64,000 nt of DNA from Psilocybe cubensis (lineage: Eukaryota): positions 1,612,001 to 1,676,000 of the forward strand of contig CM039004.1 of the NCBI GenBank assembly GCA_017499595.2, read 5' to 3'. The notes below the pieces were generated by a model, which was not told the DNA's origin, did no database searches, and saw nothing but the letters and a program-made list of their open reading frames with translations. The first letter of the stretch is position 1; every line of letters begins with the position of its first letter. Below, piece after piece: positions 63,554 through 64,000 of the stretch. A program made the translations under genes and the position numbers.

Positions 63554-63697
63554 ATTTGAGTTGCACTACTACTCTGTTTTTTCCTCCTCATCTATGCTTT
63601 GTATGCCACTCCATGACACAAAACTTCATACGAACCATGGTTATATTCTGGTTGAGATTTTGACTGGCAAAGTTGTGTGTGATTATATGAGCGCCTA

Positions 63698-64000
63698 TCA
63701 CCAGTAATCTGGGTTTGTATAAGGGACTATTGTATCCTTTCCTCGCTTCTTTCTTTCTGTCTCCCATCTATCTACCCATTTTGCCATTCTTCCCCTACTT
63801 GCCTCAGTGCCCACGTTTACAGTCGCAATCATTTTTACCCAAGTGAATGACATCGCAAAGCAAGTCAGTTCATAGAAAGAGGAGTGCTCCGAATATGGAA
63901 CAGGATACAACGATAAGTTCGGTGTCGACTTCGGAGATACTTGCAGGTTTGCGTATGTAAATGACTGGCCTGCTGATGCAGCAAGAATAGATTGAATGGA
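63698..64000 (-). CDS. PSO2: DNA cross-link repair nuclease Pso2/Snm1, 3' end (beta-CASP); gene continues beyond the window
   Basis: YPVPYSEHSSFYELTCF..IATVNVG, typical of the SNM1/PSO2 C-terminus. Confidence 0.88.
   Translation of the reverse strand, partial: SIQSILAASAGQSFTYANLQVSPKSTPNLSLYPVPYSEHSSFYELTCFAMSFTWVKMIATVNVGTEASRGRMAKWVDRWETERKKRGKDTIVPYTNPDYW

Noticed and set aside
1-64000. tRNA, rRNA, CRISPR arrays, transposons, telomere arrays, pheromone (CAAX) or RiPP precursors
   Set aside because: None recognised by eye; tRNAscan-SE, Infernal and a repeat library search would be needed to exclude them formally.

Overview
Gene-dense (about 30 genes in 64 kb), intron-rich eukaryotic DNA. 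The short (mostly 50-70 nt) GT-AG introns with CTRAY branch sites and the gene content point to a basidiomycete, most likely an Agaricomycete; the species cannot be determined from the sequence. Most genes are core housekeeping: ERG20 (5'-truncated), XKS1, COQ6, SEC6, QNS1, ACC1, ARC35, ZDS1, MZT1, TMA16, ZAP1, MRP20, DCR2, BUD6, URA9, PAF1, RPL43, SFH5, a SLY41/TPT transporter, RPS4 and the 3' end of PSO2/SNM1. Accessory genes are a Raf1/DIM-9-like WD40 protein, a 66-aa CBM12-like microprotein that the ORF track does not reconstruct, an FAD monooxygenase, a cytidylyltransferase-fold protein lacking its catalytic motifs, an F-box-like orphan, an LRR protein, a secreted CBM19-like repeat protein and a BTB protein. 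I found no rRNA, tRNA, CRISPR array, recognisable transposon or secondary-metabolite backbone gene. Best leads: (1) an LRR + BC-box + Cys/His-tail protein resembling animal LRRC58/LRRC28, next to ZAP1; (2) a probable CTP:phosphocholine cytidylyltransferase pseudoenzyme with an N-terminal Atg8-interacting-type motif; (3) a signal-less stand-alone CBM12 microprotein; (4) a 3-nt microexon in QNS1; (5) a stem-forming long intron in RPS4. All family calls come from recalled motifs, not database searches. Gene spans include introns and were spliced by hand.
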